Shown one piece after another: positions 35,175-44,229 of a stretch of 59,842 nucleotides of DNA. Where the stretch lies: positions 24,655-84,496 of the forward strand of contig CAZIPM010000003.1 in assembly GCA_964541395.1 (NCBI GenBank), in the 5' to 3' direction. The DNA comes from an uncultured Gammaproteobacteria bacterium. Lineage in GTDB: Bacteria; Patescibacteriota; Microgenomatia; UBA8517. The notes under the pieces are model-generated. The model was not told where the DNA came from. It was given only the letters and a program-made list of their open reading frames with translations, and made no database searches. Made by a program: the position numbers and the translations under genes. Each line of letters begins with the position of its first letter. Position 1 is the stretch's first letter.

Positions 35175-35801
35175 GAGGATAATCACTTTTAATACATATT
35201 GAATGTAATTTAAAAGATAAATATTGGAAGTCATCATCAGTAACAGTTTACTTTTACTGGTTTTTGCTTCAATAGTGTAACCTAACTGCAAACAGATCTC
35301 AAAACCCCTGTTTTAGCTATAAAATCGAACGATTTACCTGTTAAAACCGGCAAAAATATCGCTTTGTGCGTGATGATCTATTATGGGTTCAAAAGAAAAT
35401 AATATGGATTTCCCAGAACGAATTAGTAATAATTTAACGAAATTAACACTTGAACTATTATATTACCCGCGTAATAGTACCGTAAGATAGGTACTATACA
35501 TCAACATCTTCAGTATTATTTTACCATAACCTATAACAAGTTGGTTGCACTGATATCGTTGTTACGCTCTGAAATATAAGCTATATATAGGATTATATAA
35601 TTAGTATAATAAAAACTATATAATAAAAAGTATATAAATTGTATAAAAAATTACATAAAAAGATTACATAATACTCATTTCTTCTGAATAACAAGATACA
35701 CTTTATCTGTAGTCTTTTCACACAACAAAAGTATGACCTTTTTTAACCCTTGACAGTATTAGTATAACCTTTTAGTCTTTATATAGATCACTTTTAATAA
35801 C

Positions 35802-36107
35802 ATGCGCACAGATGAACCAATTTTAACTATATCAGTAGCTGCTGGACTGATAAAGCTTCATCCCAGAACTTTAATGCTGTATGAAAAATCCGGCCTCACT
35901 ACTCCACATAGAACCGGTACCAAAAGAAGAATGTATTCTATTTCAGACTTGGATCACTTGCAGTTTGTAAAGTTTCTAACTCAAAAAGAAGGCCTCAATC
36001 TAAGTGGCGCCAGGTATATTATCAAGGCTATTGCATTGTCTAACGAGGAAGGGTTTGATCTCAGAAAAAAACTTTTCCCTTCTTTCAAGCCTGAACAATT
36101 AGTTTAA
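35802..36107 (+). CDS. MerR-family transcriptional regulator (HspR-like)
   Basis: 101 aa. ILTISVAAGLIKLHPRTLMLYEKSGLTTPHRTGTKRRMYSISDLDHLQFVKFLTQKEGLNLSGARYIIK follows the MerR/HspR HTH pattern. Confidence 0.8.
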   Translation: MRTDEPILTISVAAGLIKLHPRTLMLYEKSGLTTPHRTGTKRRMYSISDLDHLQFVKFLTQKEGLNLSGARYIIKAIALSNEEGFDLRKKLFPSFKPEQLV

Positions 36108-36293
36108 ATGTTAGTTTCTCTTATTATTTATTATCCTTAATTTACCTTCTCTTCTTAAGTTTACTTCTTATTTTTTTAAATGGTAATAAGTTAATGATTA
36201 TTTTAAGAAATTGTTAATATTACAATAAATTCCAATAATATGGATAATGCTACGGAGTAAAATAATTGCTAAAAACTTAGATCTATTTGCTTT

Positions 36294-37421
36294 TTAAATA
36301 ATAAAATCTAAATAATTCTCTTGGGTAATTGTTTTGAACTCAGAATTATTATATGAATTAATCCAAGCTTTTTCTGATTTTCTTGATTTTAATTTACCCC
36401 ACTTAAATTCAAACGCAAACAATTTACCATCTCTTTCTTCTACCCAATCTATTTCATTTTTATCCCAAGTTCTCCAAAAATAATTATTAGAATAAATCGG
36501 TGTATACTTTTGATTTTTAAGCCTTTCTATGGCTAAAAAGTTTTCCCAAAGCTGTCCAACATCATTTCTTGAATCAATTTCGTTAAAGTTATTAACTACT
36601 GCATTTCTAATCCCTAAATCATAAAAATAATATTTACTTTTACTCGTTATTTCCTTTCTTAAGTTTCTACTGAAACCCCTTAAATTAAATAGTACAAATG
36701 ATTGTTCTAAAAGCCATAAATATCTAGCAACTGTTTTTCTATCAATTCCAAGGTTTAAACCTAATTCAGTAAGCGAAACTTCGCTACCTACTTGAAAAGC
36801 AATAAGTTTTAACAAGTCCATCAATATTTTTGAGTCAGATACTTTTTCAAGATCAATAATGTCCCTGAAAAGATAGGAATTTGTAATATTATTCAAAAGA
36901 TTTATTTTTTCGGCACGATTCGAAAGTTCCAAAACTGCTGGATAACTTCCATAGACCAAAAAATCTTCTTTTTTTAATTCTAAATCATATACTGACAAGC
37001 CTTTTTTTAATTCTTTTTGTGATACAGGATATAGTACATAATCAAATTTTCTACCTACAAGCGGTTCTCCTACACGATAAGATAGACTTAGAGACGAAGA
37101 TCCCGTAATCAATACCTTTATTTTAGGATTATTATCAACCAAAATTTTAAGCCCCAGCCCTACATCGTGAATTCTTTGCGCCTCGTCAATTACAATCAGT
37201 TCATATCCCTCAATATATTTATCTATTTGCTCTTTACTCCTTGAGGTTAAGATTTTAGAAATTTTTATGTCATCACCATTATCTAATCTATATTTTAATT
37301 TAGTATTTTTTAAAAATTTATTAATCAACGTAGTTTTACCAACTTGTCTTGGGCCATAAAGTACAACAACTTTACCCCCTTTTAATATTTTATCTAAATC
37401 GTCATAAATTCTACTAATCAT
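36294..37421 (-). CDS. AAA+ ATPase with DUF4143/PD-(D/E)xK-like C-terminus (COG1373 type)
   Basis: 375 aa. Walker A LYGPRQVGKTT, Walker B LIVIDEAQ, C-terminal EIDWVEERDGKLFAFEFKW. Clear paralog of 44230..45345. Confidence 0.85.
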   Translation of the reverse strand: MISRIYDDLDKILKGGKVVVLYGPRQVGKTTLINKFLKNTKLKYRLDNGDDIKISKILTSRSKEQIDKYIEGYELIVIDEAQRIHDVGLGLKILVDNNPKIKVLITGSSSLSLSYRVGEPLVGRKFDYVLYPVSQKELKKGLSVYDLELKKEDFLVYGSYPAVLELSNRAEKINLLNNITNSYLFRDIIDLEKVSDSKILMDLLKLIAFQVGSEVSLTELGLNLGIDRKTVARYLWLLEQSFVLFNLRGFSRNLRKEITSKSKYYFYDLGIRNAVVNNFNEIDSRNDVGQLWENFLAIERLKNQKYTPIYSNNYFWRTWDKNEIDWVEERDGKLFAFEFKWGKLKSRKSEKAWINSYNNSEFKTITQENYLDFII

Positions 37422-37427
37422 TGCGTA

Positions 37428-37456
37428 ATATTAATATATTTCCCTGAAATTGTCAA
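37428..37456 (-). promoter_or_regulatory. Sigma70-like promoter giving a leaderless mRNA for the 36294..37421 ATPase
   Basis: Minus strand: TTGACA (37451-37456), 17 nt, TAATAT (37428-37433), 6 nt, ATG (37421). Confidence 0.6.
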
Positions 37457-37577
37457 GTTTTGGGGAATGGTACTCCCTAAAATATCACTATTCTGATGAA
37501 TCTAGGGCGTAACTGTAACTAAACCACTAGAAAACAATATAATAAACCCAGGAAGAACTGTTCTAAGTATTTGTTTC

Positions 37578-40500
37578 TTACACGATTATCTTCTTTTTCT
37601 TTTTAAACCTAGAGGCAAACTTTTTAAGAATTGGGTAAAGGCCAAGAAGCAGAAATGGATTTTCAGGAACAGTAGTAAATTCAGGTATAACCGTATAAGT
37701 ATCAAGCAGACCACCACCCGAGGTAATAACCCGCACACAGTATGCAACACCATTTGAGGCTGAATTATCAACAATTGTAATATCCCACTTTCCGTCATTT
37801 CCTGCAGCGATTGAGTTTATACCTGTAAAGTTATTTGATTCTTCATATGTTTGGAAATTTATTGTATGACCACTATGTGTAGGGTCACTACCGGTTGGCG
37901 TCATACTAGATCCATCGGTTGGAGTCGGGTTGTCATAAAATCGGATAACTCCCGCTGAAGGAGACAGATCAGCATACGTCTCACCTGAAAAAGCGGTATC
38001 ACACGTACCGCTTCTCTCGGCAATCTGAATTTTAAAATCATCTCCTGTGCCGTCAAATTGGTTACCACCTACATGCAGTAAGAATCTTAGCCTTATTACC
38101 TGGCCGTCAGCTGTCATATCTGCTGCTGTGTCTTGAGCTGCCAGATCAGGACCTATTGAAGTTGAATCAAGGTTTTGGAAAAATCTGTATGCCGATTGAT
38201 TAAAGGTGGTAATTACTTTTTCTCCATACCATGAAAATCCACTGTCCCCCCCTGAAGTACTTTCATACCAGTATCCGTATACTTTATTGCCTCCGTTTCC
38301 TGAGGAGTGGGTAAATAGTTGGCCTTTTAGATATTCTAATGTTAATTGGTCAAGTAGGTTTGTATCTGTGGTCCATCCACCATCGTTTATTGCCGCGTCA
38401 TAATCAAGATCTGCGTCGTTGGTCGGAGAAAATATCGAATACTGTTTATCGGTTACCGAATCTACAACCAAATCAGCTACTGGTTGGTTACTGGAAGTAC
38501 CGGTAGGACTGTGGCGGATTCCCGTTGCAGAAATTTGTTTTCTGGCTCCGGGAGTACCGTTTGTCAGGGTTACGGAATAGAGTATCGAATCGGAATTATC
38601 CATCACACCCAGCATTATTTTTTCATTTCCTGTGCCTTCTTCGGTCCAATATACCGCAGGGGTTGTTGCCCAGCTATTGGTAGTTGCCTGAGCGTCAGAT
38701 TCTATCGTTGTGGGACTTCCACTTAAAGAATCTGCAGATGTCAGGCTTTTATATAGTACGTCTTCATTTGTATCATCTTTGTAAAAAATGTGTGTCTTAT
38801 CACTTGCTCCAAGTACAGCTCCTGAATAAACAAAATTAGTTGATGCCGTAGTATCCAGATTGACTTGCGTACCCCAAGGTGGTCCACTACTGGGTCGAAT
38901 TTTATAACCCACTCTTTGATTGGTACCGTCACTATATCGGTAAAAAACGACTACTGTTCCGTCACTCCGCTTTATTATTCCACAGGTTTGGTTAGCAGGA
39001 GCGGTACCCGGAGTTACTACAGCCTCATCCACAATCCCCCAAGTATCAGAGTTTGTGGAATGATCCGACAATCTAAAGGTGTGGTAAGTTACATTTAGAC
39101 TACCTGTTCCTTCCTGTACACAAATGTGTAACGTATCCCCACTTTGAAAAACATCAACACCCTCCAGATCATTTACTGTAGGACTGCCGGAAGTTCCTAC
39201 CAAATCCCAGTTTTTGCCTCCATCGGTCGATTTGAGCATTTCAGGTTCATTATTACCGGTCCCTGCAATATATGTAGGTTCAATCATAAAATATAGATTG
39301 CCGTTTGTATCCTTAAATGGTCCTGCCCTGCCAGTTGTTTCCATCATTGAAGGACTTAAAAAATAGTCGGGCATATTGACTGTAATTCTTGGATTCATCA
39401 TAATTCCTGTAAAAAGCGTGCCTGCACTTTCCGATAATCGGAATTCCAACTGATTATTATCTTTCATCCTGTTTGGACCACCCCAAGTACCTAAAATCAT
39501 AATTGTAAATTCATATTCAGCATGTTCATTGGAGATTGTTATGGCACCCGTTGTACGGTTCTCTTCTCCAGTTCCTCCGGTATCAAACGTCTCTGCACTT
39601 CCTGCTAATATATTTTGGTTGGCTGCGTCTCCATCGGCATATTGATTTGAATCAAGAACCTGTAACGGACCATCATAACCGGCTTCAGCCCGGTCGGGTG
39701 AATCTGCCCAACTACCCCACAATCCCGTACTCGTTCTAAATCTATATTGTAATTTCCAAGACGTGCTACTCCCTGTTCCGTTCGGCTGCTCAACTTCAAA
39801 TCTAATACGAAATCTTTTACCTGCGTCCATTGTTGCATAGGTATTTAGATCTGCAGCCCAGCCGACAGTATCATTTAAAGTTAATGTGTCATCACTTCTG
39901 ATTCGGTAATAGGGCTGATGATATCCTCCCGTAGTTGCAGTTACTATTAACGGACAATTATCGTATGAAGAAAGAGCAGTCCCGGCATCGGAAATCCTAA
40001 AACGGTATACTGTACTTTGAAAGGATCCGGTTCCTTGAATCGCCCATTCCCATTCCGATTGTGTTTCGTTTAAAGCAACACCGGTGGTGTCTTCATTTTG
40101 TGTATCAAAAATGTTGCCTGCAGTAAACGTTTTGTTTGACGTGGTAAGCTGGTTTGTAGTAGCATCATCATTTGTGATATTGCTTGAATTTGTCACTCGC
40201 CAGGCTGTAGTGGATGTATCAAGTGCGGTCCAAGTTCCATTATTGCAGTTAGTTGCATCCGTAGAATATTCAAGACGGGCGTTTAAGGTCATTGAAACAG
40301 TACTGTGTGCTTCAATTCTCAATCTTATAATTTCTGTGGGGCCGACATAGTAGGCGTCGGTATTTTCATCATCTTTCCAAGTTGCTGTTGTCTCACTCCC
40401 ATCATCCGTACGAAATCTGTGTGAAGTTTGAGAAGTAGCTGTCGGTGACCTAAGAGCAATTGACATCATCCCCTTTAAGGTATTCCCTGTATACGTTAAA

Positions 40501-43500
40501 ATTGTATTCCCATAGTTTCCTGCAGTGGCTTTCTGTCCGTCAAAAATCGATAATCCTCCGTCATTACCTACCGTTGATGAAGCTGTAATTCGCGCGGCAG
40601 AAATGTTAGCCAGATTCCCATTTGAAATAGATGTTATAGGTAATGCAGTATCAATGTCTGCGGTACCTACAATTACGACAAGTCGGTCAGCTCCACTTGT
40701 TGAAGCTCCCGGTTCAGCTCCTGAAGTATCGGATGACGAATCAGTATTCCCACTTGTTACATCCCAAGGATTTCCCGACGTTTCAATACCTGTCCAGGCA
40801 CAGATTGCTCCGATTTGATGATTACCTGAGTCAGATACTGTCGGAGCAGTTTGTGTTCCATTATAACGACTCCAGAATACTGTCAATCTGGTTCCCGTTA
40901 CGCTTTGAGGGCTATTTGTCACTTCAGTCCAAGTTCCACCGGCACTGTCGCTGACTGTTATAGCTTGGGCATCTGTTTCTATAAACAGAAGGAGTATATC
41001 GTTGGTAGTCAGCCCGGAAGGTAATGGTGCACTTACAGCATTTACTGAGGCAAATTGTGTTCCACAAGCCACAAAAGTTGGCAGTGCAGCGAGTGTTTCA
41101 CCTATTCTGGGTGGAAATCGAGGTTTATTCCAGATGATGGGAAATCCTGATAATAACCATGATGCAATTAAAGATGAAATTATCACTATCTTAAAAACCT
41201 TTTTGAAAGTTCTCTTGTTTCTTCTGGCAAAATATATTAGAACAAATACTGTAAATACTACAATTAATAGAAGTATAATCTTCAATGTTTCCATCGAAAC
41301 CTGGCTAACTCCACTAACGACCACTTTTTGCACCACCTCTGCACTGGCTAATGCGTCTCTGGGTGTGAATGATTTAAACAAGCTGGCCATGGAATGGTTT
41401 TCCTCCCCCATCCTTTCAACTCTGACTTGGACAGGAAGATCAGATATTGATCCTGTTTTGACACTCATTCCAAGGTAAGAAATTGTCACTGAAGAGACTA
41501 GAAGTACAAGTAATACTAAATTGCCAACATACCTATTCATCTTAGGTTTTATAGAAAATGAGTCAAAAGTGTTATGAGCAGTTTTAAGTTCTAAAAAATT
41601 CATATCCAAAGCGGGAATTTTGTTGGGAATAATCCCTTGAATAAATCGGTAAAATTTTCCCCGGATGAAAGTATCCGTTATTCTTCCTGTTTTAGGTGTC
41701 CTGAACCAAGGTCCCTCATGTGATTGGATGAATCCTTTGACAGCAGAATATGCCTGGAAAGGAGCAACCAAATATGAAAGGGCTATAAATGAGCCAAGAC
41801 CGGAATAGTCTTTATGTTCCGACTCCTCCAAAAATAGGCCAACTGCATTAGTCAGGGGAAGAGAAATCATATTAGTTAAAACCAAACTCCAACCCCAAAG
41901 TTCAGTCCAAAAGGGCAAACGTACTTTAAAGATAGCTTCAGATACCAACCAGCTGAATGTTCCAATCAAAAAAAACAGTGCTTGAAGATAGTATGGAGTT
42001 AAATAGATAAGTTCAAATTTTTCAAAGATTGATAAATGATTTGAAAAAAGAAGCTTGAAAAACATCTTTTTAACATTGAATGAATGCCCTTCCGCCCAAC
42101 GCATTCGTTGTCTTATTAAGCGGTTTAATGTAGACACACATTCGGCAGGTGCCTGAATGTAGGGAGTGTATAAAACCTTGAAGCCTTTTTCATATAACTT
42201 TAAAGTGAGTTCAAAGTCTTCAGTAATAGAAGATCCCCAACCAACACTCTCTAATGCATCCCGTCGTATCATATAGACAGATCCTGAAACCTGCTTTAAT
42301 CCCCCATAAATTTCAATTCCTGAGCGTTCTACTATATATGAACCGGCATATTCGGATCTGACACCTCTTGTTATCCAGTTTTCAGATTTATTAAGAACAT
42401 GCCATTGGTAGCCTTGTACAACTGCAGTTTTCGGATCATTTTGTGTTTGGAAATATTTCAAAAATAAAGTCAAAGTGTCAGGATACGGTACAAAATCTGC
42501 ATCAAATACTGCAATCTTTTCGGTTTTAGGATCAGATAAACTAAGAGCCAGTTTGAGCGCTTGTCCTTTATATCCGCTCCTTGTATTTCTATGAAGATGT
42601 TTGAAGGTTACTCCAGGCTTAACTTCGATTTCTGTCATCTCCCAACCATCTCCGTTTGTCACCGTCAAACTTTCTTCCTTAAAAAGGTATCGTTTTTGGT
42701 AGTTTTTAATTAATTCACTTGTTTCATCTGTCGAATCGTCTGCTAAAATAATTTCATAATTCGGATAATCAAAAGAAGTTAAAGCTTGGGATAATCTTTC
42801 AACAACATTTTTTTCGTTATATAAAGCAACATGAACAGAAACAAATGGCTTATTTATAAGAACTATATTGTCGAGGTTTGACTCAAGCCCTAATATCTTT
42901 GAATCGTTTAAATTCTTATTACCTAACAACCAATTTAGTAAACTCCCCCTTATACTTTCTTTAATATTTTTCTTTTTTAAATCTTGTTGGGAATATGAAA
43001 GAACTATGGCAAGGGTTAGATAATATTTAAGTGAATACAAAAAGAAAAATGATCCCATAATTAGTGATATTCCTGCGAACATCATCCCTACTGAATTAAT
43101 AATTGGTAATATCTTAAAAATCGTTAAAAATATAAAAAGGCTAAAATATGAAGACAAAATGAAGTAAAGCCATAATTTACTTCTTTTGAGAGGTGGAGCT
43201 GGTGCTACATTTGGTACAAACTGTTCTGTAATAGATCTATCTCTATCAATAACTTGTGATTCTGTAGCCGCAACAGGTTCAGTGCGATGTGATACCGAAT
43301 ATGCCATGCGATTAGACATTTTATTCAGATTGTTCCTGTCCATTATTTTCCAGATAGTCCAACTTGATACCTGAACTATCCCTGCAATTTGCTTTGCAGT
43401 TAAATTGGGATTATTTACTACCATAGATAGTACTTCCTCTTCAATCCTCGGATATACTGCTTTGTGGTGGTCATCTCCTCGTCTGTATTTATCTAAATAT

Positions 43501-44000
43501 TCAATATTACTTTGATAGTCTTTTACCCATTTATATATAATGTTACGGGAAACATTGTAATTTCTTGCTAGCTCAGATACGTTTCTCGAATCCTGAAGGC
43601 ATTTGGTCACTATTTCCTTTTTAACATCAGGCTTAAATCTACCAGGGCCTAAATAGTTTCTGCAATAGTTGAGCCTAGTATATTCATCAGTTAACCCTAA
43701 TTTATTTAAATAATTCTGTACATCAAATGAACTTATATGAAAATTCATTTCCCTAAGATGAGTAGAATATTGCTCAGAAGTAAATTTAGGAGATTTACAT
43801 ACCAGTCGTATCAGAATCTTATATACTTTTTTGTCAAACAAAGTAGGTTTAGGCTCTGGTGATTTACTATTTTTTGAATCAACCAGGCATTTATATATAG
43901 TACCCCTGGCTACATTATATTCTCTGGCCAGAGAGGCTATAGAAGCTTGTTTGACTTCAAGTCTTTTTAATATATCCAGTTTTGAATAGGCAGATAACAT
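37578..44000 (-). CDS. Giant 2: fusion of HTH(x3)-TM-processive GT2 synthase-TM-ectodomain-VPENP C-terminal sorting signal; no adjacent exosortase
   Basis: 2140 aa.
- HTHs at aa 1-235: YNVARGTIYKCL, YNVSRNIIYKWVKDY, VSSWTIWKIMDRNNL.
- GT2 at aa 384-639 (nt 42084-42851): ADDSTDE, VFDADF, SITEDFE, RQRMRWAEGH.
- Extra TM pair near aa 880-950 (IILLLIVVFTVFVLIYF, then VIISSLIASWLLSGFPII).
- Ectodomain with the Asp-box KSTDGGKNW (39207-39233).
- C-terminus TVPENP-FLLLGLYPIL-KKFASRFKKKKKIIV. Confidence 0.88.
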   Translation of the reverse strand: MLSAYSKLDILKRLEVKQASIASLAREYNVARGTIYKCLVDSKNSKSPEPKPTLFDKKVYKILIRLVCKSPKFTSEQYSTHLREMNFHISSFDVQNYLNKLGLTDEYTRLNYCRNYLGPGRFKPDVKKEIVTKCLQDSRNVSELARNYNVSRNIIYKWVKDYQSNIEYLDKYRRGDDHHKAVYPRIEEEVLSMVVNNPNLTAKQIAGIVQVSSWTIWKIMDRNNLNKMSNRMAYSVSHRTEPVAATESQVIDRDRSITEQFVPNVAPAPPLKRSKLWLYFILSSYFSLFIFLTIFKILPIINSVGMMFAGISLIMGSFFFLYSLKYYLTLAIVLSYSQQDLKKKNIKESIRGSLLNWLLGNKNLNDSKILGLESNLDNIVLINKPFVSVHVALYNEKNVVERLSQALTSFDYPNYEIILADDSTDETSELIKNYQKRYLFKEESLTVTNGDGWEMTEIEVKPGVTFKHLHRNTRSGYKGQALKLALSLSDPKTEKIAVFDADFVPYPDTLTLFLKYFQTQNDPKTAVVQGYQWHVLNKSENWITRGVRSEYAGSYIVERSGIEIYGGLKQVSGSVYMIRRDALESVGWGSSITEDFELTLKLYEKGFKVLYTPYIQAPAECVSTLNRLIRQRMRWAEGHSFNVKKMFFKLLFSNHLSIFEKFELIYLTPYYLQALFFLIGTFSWLVSEAIFKVRLPFWTELWGWSLVLTNMISLPLTNAVGLFLEESEHKDYSGLGSFIALSYLVAPFQAYSAVKGFIQSHEGPWFRTPKTGRITDTFIRGKFYRFIQGIIPNKIPALDMNFLELKTAHNTFDSFSIKPKMNRYVGNLVLLVLLVSSVTISYLGMSVKTGSISDLPVQVRVERMGEENHSMASLFKSFTPRDALASAEVVQKVVVSGVSQVSMETLKIILLLIVVFTVFVLIYFARRNKRTFKKVFKIVIISSLIASWLLSGFPIIWNKPRFPPRIGETLAALPTFVACGTQFASVNAVSAPLPSGLTTNDILLLFIETDAQAITVSDSAGGTWTEVTNSPQSVTGTRLTVFWSRYNGTQTAPTVSDSGNHQIGAICAWTGIETSGNPWDVTSGNTDSSSDTSGAEPGASTSGADRLVVIVGTADIDTALPITSISNGNLANISAARITASSTVGNDGGLSIFDGQKATAGNYGNTILTYTGNTLKGMMSIALRSPTATSQTSHRFRTDDGSETTATWKDDENTDAYYVGPTEIIRLRIEAHSTVSMTLNARLEYSTDATNCNNGTWTALDTSTTAWRVTNSSNITNDDATTNQLTTSNKTFTAGNIFDTQNEDTTGVALNETQSEWEWAIQGTGSFQSTVYRFRISDAGTALSSYDNCPLIVTATTGGYHQPYYRIRSDDTLTLNDTVGWAADLNTYATMDAGKRFRIRFEVEQPNGTGSSTSWKLQYRFRTSTGLWGSWADSPDRAEAGYDGPLQVLDSNQYADGDAANQNILAGSAETFDTGGTGEENRTTGAITISNEHAEYEFTIMILGTWGGPNRMKDNNQLEFRLSESAGTLFTGIMMNPRITVNMPDYFLSPSMMETTGRAGPFKDTNGNLYFMIEPTYIAGTGNNEPEMLKSTDGGKNWDLVGTSGSPTVNDLEGVDVFQSGDTLHICVQEGTGSLNVTYHTFRLSDHSTNSDTWGIVDEAVVTPGTAPANQTCGIIKRSDGTVVVFYRYSDGTNQRVGYKIRPSSGPPWGTQVNLDTTASTNFVYSGAVLGASDKTHIFYKDDTNEDVLYKSLTSADSLSGSPTTIESDAQATTNSWATTPAVYWTEEGTGNEKIMLGVMDNSDSILYSVTLTNGTPGARKQISATGIRHSPTGTSSNQPVADLVVDSVTDKQYSIFSPTNDADLDYDAAINDGGWTTDTNLLDQLTLEYLKGQLFTHSSGNGGNKVYGYWYESTSGGDSGFSWYGEKVITTFNQSAYRFFQNLDSTSIGPDLAAQDTAADMTADGQVIRLRFLLHVGGNQFDGTGDDFKIQIAERSGTCDTAFSGETYADLSPSAGVIRFYDNPTPTDGSSMTPTGSDPTHSGHTINFQTYEESNNFTGINSIAAGNDGKWDITIVDNSASNGVAYCVRVITSGGGLLDTYTVIPEFTTVPENPFLLLGLYPILKKFASRFKKKKKIIV
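37581..37673 (-). other. C-terminal tripartite sorting signal of giant 2 (IPEFTTVPENP motif, hydrophobic helix, poly-K tail)
   Basis: TVPENP FLLLGLYPIL KKFASRFKKKKKIIV. Nearly identical to the giant 3 signal. Confidence 0.6.
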
Positions 44001-44015
44001 AATGTGTTCAATTTT

Positions 44016-44044
44016 ATTGTCATAAACTATCCAATTTTAGTCAA
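44016..44044 (-). promoter_or_regulatory. Candidate promoter of giant 2
   Basis: Minus strand: TTGACT (44039-44044), 17 nt, GACAAT (44016-44021), 15 nt, ATG (44000). Confidence 0.35.
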
Positions 44045-44177
44045 TGGCCTTTAATTTTACAGGCTGCTCCTTAAATATTTTTTACATAGGTAACATAAGT
44101 ACAACTAAACTATCAAACAACATCAGATAGGCACCATGGTTAATTACTTATGTAAAAAACTATAACGAAAATGCTAC

Positions 44178-44206
44178 TTGACAAGTCCTCTAGTTAATAC
44201 TAAATT
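44178..44206 (+). promoter_or_regulatory. Sigma70-like promoter of the 44230..45345 ATPase
   Basis: TTGACA (44178-44183), 17 nt, TAAATT (44201-44206), 23 nt, ATG (44230). Confidence 0.5.
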
Positions 44207-44229
44207 ACAGGAATAGTATCCTTTAAATT

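Noticed and set aside
35130-35291. N-terminal extension of giant 1 proposed by the ORF track (MQLGYTIEAKTSKSKLLLMMTSNIYLLNYIQYVLKVIILLTTVP...).
   Set aside because: It starts at TTG and encodes AT-rich, low-information sequence absent from the paralogs. It also contains the TTGACA box that lines up with the promoters of giants 2 and 3. The start at 35129 (or 35159) is preferred.
35750-35778. TTGACA-17-TAGTCT as the promoter of the MerR/HspR-like gene, and a search for an HspR-type inverted repeat (HAIR-like).
   Set aside because: The -10 is weak and 23 nt from the ATG. No convincing inverted repeat of the CTTGAGT-N7-ACTCAAG type is present. It is too uncertain to list as a feature.
37586-41478. 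Numerous 60-160-aa ORFs within giant 2 on both strands (for example 41002-41478, 40525-40954 and 38484-38726).
   Set aside because: All are embedded in the 2140-aa frame, whose product is collinear with giant 3 over most of its length. None has motifs or independent start signals.
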